From a virus (lineage: Duplodnaviria; Heunggongvirae; Uroviricota; Caudoviricetes): a DNA stretch of 22,162 nt. Numbering within the stretch: position 1 is the first letter of the stretch; each line of letters begins with the position of its first letter. Below are positions 16,550 through 22,162 of the stretch, one piece after another. The notes under the pieces are model-generated. The model saw nothing but the letters and a program-made list of their open reading frames with translations. It did no database searches and was not told the DNA's origin. The DNA is taken from the IMG/VR virus record IMGVR_UViG_2711768033_000004, one strand, 5' to 3'. The position numbers were made by a program, and so were the translations under genes.

Positions 16550-19500
16550 TTATCTCGTAAAATTAGTTTTATGACTTCCTGTTAGCTGACTGTCTTCATA
16601 ATAAAATGCCCCACTAAACTCCTGTCGACCATAATGATGACTTGATGTGAGTGAGCCCCCTATAACACCTTTTTCACCTAATAATGTCCAAACGATTTCA
16701 AAACCATTGTCCCTTAACATTGTTAAAAATGGTTCTTTTTTAACAAGTAGATGCGGCTTTGAAGCATATACAGCTTCAGCTGCAAAGCAAACCATAGTTC
16801 CATTTTCATCATTGAAGCTACCCTCTACTTCCCCATTTTTTAAGCCCATCTTTTCAAAGATTAAGTTGCTAGGCTTCAAAAAATTCAAAGCTTCTATTTT
16901 TGATTTGTCGAACTCCTCTCCCCACAAATAATTAATCGAAGTGACACTAACATCAGCTATCTTAGCTCCAGACTCCCGGTCTGTTACCGAAGTCCAGTCA
17001 GAACCACCATAATAATCTGATTTAAAAGACTTAAATGCTTCGGACCAATAGTACTCCCTATTAAATAATTGGTATCTATCAGTACATTCCGGCATCCACC
17101 TGCCCATAAAGTCTTGAGCTATTGCCCAACATCTAAAATTTTCAAATTCTTGAACTTTAACGATATAACTTCTGATCTGATACCAAACCTCTTTTCGTGG
17201 GTGCCCCCAATCATCGTTTCCAATAATTTTTGGTTCTTTCCATGATGGATAACTTTCTAATACTATCCATTCATCACCATTATCATCTTTAACTTCAATC
17301 AAAGCATATGGATTAGTTATAGTAGTAGAGCTTTTAACCCAGTCTTCATTAGAGCAAGTCCAATCAAACACTTCATCATTAAGCCACCACATTTCTTTAT
17401 TGCTTATTTTTTTCGTCCCAGTTTCTTTAAGTAAGATAGTGGGATCTATATCTCTTACGTAAGGCTCCCATGGCCCTTGGTATGGGTTTTCCTTTCGGTC
17501 GTCACCATAACCTTCAAAACGAATAAAATTATCGGCTAGCCTTGCCATGTATTCATAATAAGCAATCCATTGGTATTTTTTACCAATCCGTTCTTGGAAT
17601 TCCTCTCTACGTCCACGTCCAGTTCCTATTTGTTGATCAAAATCACCATGCTTCTCCGGATCCCAACCAAGTTCCAGAACACGATTGAATATAAATTGTT
17701 GAGCTAGTCGAAGATCAAAGTGTTTATCAGTTTCCAGCAGATTATTATTATGATCTAGGTATGGCTCTATTTCATTTTCAAACTCACTTAACAGATCGTA
17801 TGACAATGAATTCTTAAATAGCTTCTTGCTCGCCTTTATTTCTTCCTGTGCTTTTCTACCGACCACGCTACCAAATTTAATTCCTTCACATTTATCATCA
17901 TAAATGAAAGGATCTGTAGCATCATACAATTTTTTTTGTTGGTCAGTTAGTTTACATTTGAAAGTTTTAAAAATTTTCTTACGGTCAATAGGAGTTTCAT
18001 TAAACTTGCAACCAGACCAATCAGAATGATTGTAATTTGTTCCAATGGTATATCGTGAAAAGTCACCACCTCCCATAATCGAGCTCCAGAGTGCCCGATA
18101 AGGTTCTTTATTATAAAGAGACTCTAGTTCCTCTTTTGGAGGAATCTCGTCAGGCCAAATGCTGTTGTAGGGTGGCCTAGTCTTGGATAATTCAATACTT
18201 TCAAGTTCCAGTCCAAGATGATTAGCAAATTCAATAATCTCTCTCGCATAATCTCTAAGTAATATATTTGGATACACAGACTCAGAACAAAATACCTTTT
18301 GGTAAACAGTTTCGGCTAAATATTTTAGTTCTTTAATATTATCAGTTCGCAATGTACAACCCAATGCAACTGCAAATATTCTTTCCCAAACGTAAGGATC
18401 ATTTACACCATAAAACTTATCAATTATTTTTCTCAATACAGGAATTCTTGGCTCGAGTAAACTCACTAAAGCCTTGGTTGAGCAATCTCGAAGTTCTCGG
18501 TTACTAGAAGTTAAAAACCAGCATAAACTAGTTGCAACTAGCTCGATTGACTCATCCGAAACGAAGCTTTTATCTGTTCTGCCCCATGCCCAATCGATTA
18601 GATGCCTAAATGCTGAGTCTTCACTATATTTATATTTAAGTTTTGTAGTCCAACACGAATCTCGATTTCCCAAAGAGTAATCTTTTAGCCAATCATGCAA
18701 GAAATTAGCATTAAAGGGATGGTCAACTAAACCTGAAATAGAGATCACTGCCTCGAGAAAATGATCAAAACTACCTTTAAATTTAAAAACATGTTCATTG
18801 ATGAAAGGTCTGATTTTTTCGAAATCAATAGCCTTAATATCTCGCCATATCAAGCTATCAATAAAGGCTTCTAGTAATTTATGATTATTGCTGAACTCCG
18901 GCAGAAATTCATAAAGCTCTTTTCCATACTTTTCTGGCAATTGAATAGAAAGCGCCTCAACTATTCCCGAGTTTGTATAAAAATCACATTCATCATGAAA
19001 ATATTTTTTCAGACGACCATCTGACTTAAATTCATTTTCGATATTTTCAACATCATTTAATAAAAAATTAACGGTTAAATGATCATCAAACCTTTCAAAA
19101 GCCACATGAACTACTTCCTCAGTAGCATTATCATTATTTCTCACTATGCCTTTAGTCAATAATCCTTCGTCAATCAAGGCGCTGAGGAAATTTTTATCTG
19201 TAACATAATCATTAACTACAGATTGAACCACTGAGTGAGCATCTCTAAGTGAAATACTATTACTACCAATCTCTAATTTGAATTTTATGATTTCGTTGAG
19301 AGCATCTTTTACAAGAGGAAAACTGGGATCGAAATCATATTTTTTTGGCGATGCCAATGATTTATTCACCCCTTCCACTAAAAAGTTAAAAATATTTGAA
19401 ATCCCATTAAACCCAACAGGTACTTTGGTTAAACCATTTTTCTTAATGCCTTCACACAATAACTTAAGAAATAGAGGGTTTTTAAACTCTGGATTAAGAT

Positions 19501-21004
19501 TAGGTGATGAAGGCCTCTCTATATTGTAATAATCATAAAATAGACTAACCGCTTCTAACTCAACATTCTGAAATCCAATATGTTCATGAATTTCAAAATT
19601 ATTTCGCTCAACATTCTCATGTGAAATTGTTACATTTCTATATGTTGTTCTGACTGACATTATCAGACCAAGCCATTCAAAGCATCTGATTTCATCGACA
19701 AAACTGTTAATATTGTCATTCCAGAATTTATTTCCATTACCTTCATTAATAGCATCAATGAAAACCAAGACTCTTTTTCCTGTTTTTTTGCCATATAAAT
19801 TCAGTTTTTCCAGGAATTCACGAGAAGTGATTTTAAGCTGTAATCTCTTGAAGATCTGTGACCATGGAGATTCATCTGAAGTAAGTTGTTGCCCTAGTAT
19901 GAGTAGAGAAGGATATCCAGAAGCAATTCGATTTTTAATCACATCAGCCAGTAAATGAGACTTACCAATTCCAGCTTTTCCTTCGAGAAGTAAGAATGGG
20001 TTGTTAGCCAACTTTACTGTTGTTGAATTAATGAATGTACGTAATTCATTGCACGCATAGTCAAGTTCCCGAAGCATTCGCAGAGTAGATGAATACTTAT
20101 CACTGTAATGCTTGGTTTCACCTACTTGTTCTGACTTTTCTCGGAGTTCCCACAATATTGATTCCGCTCCGCCAATAGCTGTCTGGCAGCTGTCAACATA
20201 GTTATTAAATTTATTTATAGGAATTTGATCTAATTTAGAAAAATTAAGCTCTTGATATATATCCGCAATTTGATTTAAGGACTCGTCTATTACAGATAAT
20301 TCTGAGTAAATTACATCGCAACTATGTAACCTCTTTCTAGTCATCAGAAAATTATCTATATGTGAGTAAAATATTTTAGCAAAATCATCAGTTCTACCGA
20401 GACCATCAAATATCTCTGCTATTTCTAGCTTTACGTTGAGTTCGGGTGTGTATCGGCCTCCCAAGTCAGCTATTGCTTGACTATTTTTTTCATTTAACCA
20501 ACCATCACTCAAGTGAAAAGTTAGTTTGTCATCTATAGACCGCAAAATAAGTTTAACTTGAATAAGCTCTTCATTAATATCGAATATTTTTTCTTTATAC
20601 GTTTCTTCGATATGTAGCTTTTTTAACTTCGAACAATTATTGATTTTTAACGATAACATCTCATAAAAAAGGCTGAGTTGTTGTTGAGTTGGGGGGGTGA
20701 TGCTTGGATATTCTTTGAACTTGTCTAATAATATCCCTTTGTCAGGGAACTCTTTAAACAAGATGTGTTCATTCAACATCTCAAACAATGGTTCAGAATG
20801 ATAAAATGGAATTGCTCCACTTTCTACTGGATATGTTTCTTCAAACTCAATTGCCGTCTCTTCAATTAGTTGATATAATCTATCCACATATCTTTTTTGG
20901 GGGAATAATGCTTTCTTAATACAACCATATCCTTCTTGAGAGATGAATTGATCAATAAGTTTAGTTGCTACATAAGTTGCCACTGTAATTGATATAGGTT
21001 CCAT
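16550..21004 (-). CDS. large STAND / NACHT-like P-loop NTPase (1484 aa), candidate antiviral NLR-like protein
   Basis: Uninterrupted 4.4-kb ORF, markedly AT-rich. Walker A LLLEGKAGIGKSHLL (GxAGxGKS, NACHT-type) at about residue 340; Walker B-like RVLVFIDAINEG. It has an unassigned N-terminal domain of about 330 aa and a C-terminal region of about 1000 aa. Confidence 0.8.
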   Translation of the reverse strand: MEPISITVATYVATKLIDQFISQEGYGCIKKALFPQKRYVDRLYQLIEETAIEFEETYPVESGAIPFYHSEPLFEMLNEHILFKEFPDKGILLDKFKEYPSITPPTQQQLSLFYEMLSLKINNCSKLKKLHIEETYKEKIFDINEELIQVKLILRSIDDKLTFHLSDGWLNEKNSQAIADLGGRYTPELNVKLEIAEIFDGLGRTDDFAKIFYSHIDNFLMTRKRLHSCDVIYSELSVIDESLNQIADIYQELNFSKLDQIPINKFNNYVDSCQTAIGGAESILWELREKSEQVGETKHYSDKYSSTLRMLRELDYACNELRTFINSTTVKLANNPFLLLEGKAGIGKSHLLADVIKNRIASGYPSLLILGQQLTSDESPWSQIFKRLQLKITSREFLEKLNLYGKKTGKRVLVFIDAINEGNGNKFWNDNINSFVDEIRCFEWLGLIMSVRTTYRNVTISHENVERNNFEIHEHIGFQNVELEAVSLFYDYYNIERPSSPNLNPEFKNPLFLKLLCEGIKKNGLTKVPVGFNGISNIFNFLVEGVNKSLASPKKYDFDPSFPLVKDALNEIIKFKLEIGSNSISLRDAHSVVQSVVNDYVTDKNFLSALIDEGLLTKGIVRNNDNATEEVVHVAFERFDDHLTVNFLLNDVENIENEFKSDGRLKKYFHDECDFYTNSGIVEALSIQLPEKYGKELYEFLPEFSNNHKLLEAFIDSLIWRDIKAIDFEKIRPFINEHVFKFKGSFDHFLEAVISISGLVDHPFNANFLHDWLKDYSLGNRDSCWTTKLKYKYSEDSAFRHLIDWAWGRTDKSFVSDESIELVATSLCWFLTSSNRELRDCSTKALVSLLEPRIPVLRKIIDKFYGVNDPYVWERIFAVALGCTLRTDNIKELKYLAETVYQKVFCSESVYPNILLRDYAREIIEFANHLGLELESIELSKTRPPYNSIWPDEIPPKEELESLYNKEPYRALWSSIMGGGDFSRYTIGTNYNHSDWSGCKFNETPIDRKKIFKTFKCKLTDQQKKLYDATDPFIYDDKCEGIKFGSVVGRKAQEEIKASKKLFKNSLSYDLLSEFENEIEPYLDHNNNLLETDKHFDLRLAQQFIFNRVLELGWDPEKHGDFDQQIGTGRGRREEFQERIGKKYQWIAYYEYMARLADNFIRFEGYGDDRKENPYQGPWEPYVRDIDPTILLKETGTKKISNKEMWWLNDEVFDWTCSNEDWVKSSTTITNPYALIEVKDDNGDEWIVLESYPSWKEPKIIGNDDWGHPRKEVWYQIRSYIVKVQEFENFRCWAIAQDFMGRWMPECTDRYQLFNREYYWSEAFKSFKSDYYGGSDWTSVTDRESGAKIADVSVTSINYLWGEEFDKSKIEALNFLKPSNLIFEKMGLKNGEVEGSFNDENGTMVCFAAEAVYASKPHLLVKKEPFLTMLRDNGFEIVWTLLGEKGVIGGSLTSSHHYGRQEFSGAFYYEDSQLTGSHKTNFTR

Positions 21005-21112
21005 GATTAGCTTCTTCCAATAATTAAAATTTTACCAAGCGTTTATGCCTTACAATATGTATTGTATCTCACCGTAAAACATATTTATGTGGTTTTAAAC
21101 CTATCTGTAAAT

Positions 21113-21129
21113 CTTGCCACCTTGGCAAG
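21113..21129. promoter_or_regulatory. palindrome CTTGCCA-CCT-TGGCAAG (7-bp arms) in the promoter region of the NTPase gene
   Basis: Read directly from the sequence, about 110 bp upstream of the NTPase start codon and downstream of the invertase gene. Confidence 0.3.
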
Positions 21130-21526
21130 AACCTAATCCTACATTTTAATATCAGTCTATATAATATAGCCAGTGTCATAATAATCGGGCTTGTCATAGT
21201 TAAGTATTCGCCTCCGATATCCCAATGAGATAAGTAAGTCATCAGTGTTATAAATGAAAAGATCACATTTTTCAAAGAGTTATTATGATGGAATATTATT
21301 CAAAACGCAATGTAGCTGAAACGAGTCTGAGTTTAACATCCGCTCCTAGTACATAGTAGTCCCAGGGACAGTGGCGTAAAGTCATAGATGGCCGGTGGGA
21401 GGTGGTGGAAATCCTCTCATGCAAAAAATACATAAAATCGATAACGGCTGGAAATCATTCAATACTCGCACCATCGAAAGTTCACCAGCCAACCGCGCAC
21501 GATCTTGCATACGACATGCTACGGTT

Positions 21527-22081
21527 TCATTTATCTCCGACCGGAAACTTCTTATACAGTGTCGATACTCCAACATCATAGATGATCGCCACCTTCTGGC
21601 GAGGAACGCCTGATGCAATTAATCGCCCGGCCTGCGCCCATTGTTCTGGTGTAAGTTTGGGACGACGTCCACCAATTCGTCCCTGTGCGCGAGCAACTTC
21701 CAGTCCAGCTTTTGTTCGTTCAACAATCAGTTCTCGTTCCATTTCAGCCAGGGCACCCATCACATGAAAGAAAAAACGCCCCATCGGTGTGCTGGTATCA
21801 ATAGCATCCGTCAGGCTGCGAAAATTAACGCCACGTTCGCGCAACTCCTCAACCAGAATGACCAGATGCCGCATACTACGCCCCAGCCGATCCAGCTTCC
21901 AGACAACCAGAGTGTCACCTGCCGATAATGTCCTGAGCAGTTTTTTCAGTCCCGGCCTTTCGGACTTTGTACCGCTTATCTTGTCTTCAAAAATCAGCTC
22001 GCATCCTGCACAGTTCAGCGCATTACGTTGTAGATCTGTGTTCTGGTCATTTGTTGACACACGTACATAGCCAATAAGCAT
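21527..22081 (-). CDS. Pin/Hin/Gin-family serine DNA invertase (about 184 aa)
   Basis: MLIGYVRVSTNDQNTDLQRNAL... with catalytic-serine motif YVRVSTNDQ, then ...LVVWKLDRLGRSM...MGRFFFHVMGALAEMERELIVERT... and a C-terminal HTH. GGAG lies before the ATG at 22081. The 12 extra N-terminal codons in the track are probably not translated. Confidence 0.9.
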   Translation of the reverse strand: MLIGYVRVSTNDQNTDLQRNALNCAGCELIFEDKISGTKSERPGLKKLLRTLSAGDTLVVWKLDRLGRSMRHLVILVEELRERGVNFRSLTDAIDTSTPMGRFFFHVMGALAEMERELIVERTKAGLEVARAQGRIGGRRPKLTPEQWAQAGRLIASGVPRQKVAIIYDVGVSTLYKKFPVGDK

Positions 22082-22162
22082 GGTAGATCTCCCTGGCAAA
22101 AGCAGGAATGATGCCATTTGCTCGTTATTTCTGCATTTTCATAAACGTTGGTTTGGGAGAAG

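Noticed and set aside
16647-19958. Plus-strand ORFs inside the NTPase gene (16647-16931, 18474-18680, 19278-19529, 19713-19958)
   Set aside because: They are antisense to a 4.4-kb uninterrupted ORF, with no start signals.
21069-21928. Small ORFs in the invertase-NTPase intergenic region and antisense to the invertase (21069-21275, 21382-21618, 21582-21767, 21641-21928)
   Set aside because: They are short, AT-rich or antisense to the invertase gene, with no ribosome-binding sites.

Overview
This window looks like a mosaic accessory region of an Enterobacteriaceae chromosome (most likely Escherichia/Shigella), built around remnants of a tRNA-Thr(CGU) attachment site. From left to right it holds: the right end of an IS1 copy (1-299); an unknown ORF abutting the IS1 end; a convergent FRG-domain gene; and a roughly 12.7 kb P4-like satellite element (about 3451-16131) bounded by 20-bp direct repeats derived from the tRNA 3' end. 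The satellite has a recognisable backbone: P4-type integrase, AlpA-like regulator, a small RHH protein with twin palindromic operators, a primase-helicase operon, an iteron cluster, a Sid-like gene, an Ogr/Delta zinc-finger activator and a cos-like site. Its cargo slot next to the left att repeat carries two overlapping, AT-rich reverse-transcriptase genes, followed by a perfect 9-bp x 12 tandem repeat. This RT pair resembles the two-RT DRT type 3 defence architecture, but that assignment is inference from motifs and gene order; no ncRNA was identified. To the right of the 46-nt tRNA fragment lies a second AT-rich block with a 1484-aa STAND/NACHT-like NTPase and a Pin/Hin-family serine invertase. 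Product calls rest on motifs I could read directly in the translations and on gene order; no database searches were run.
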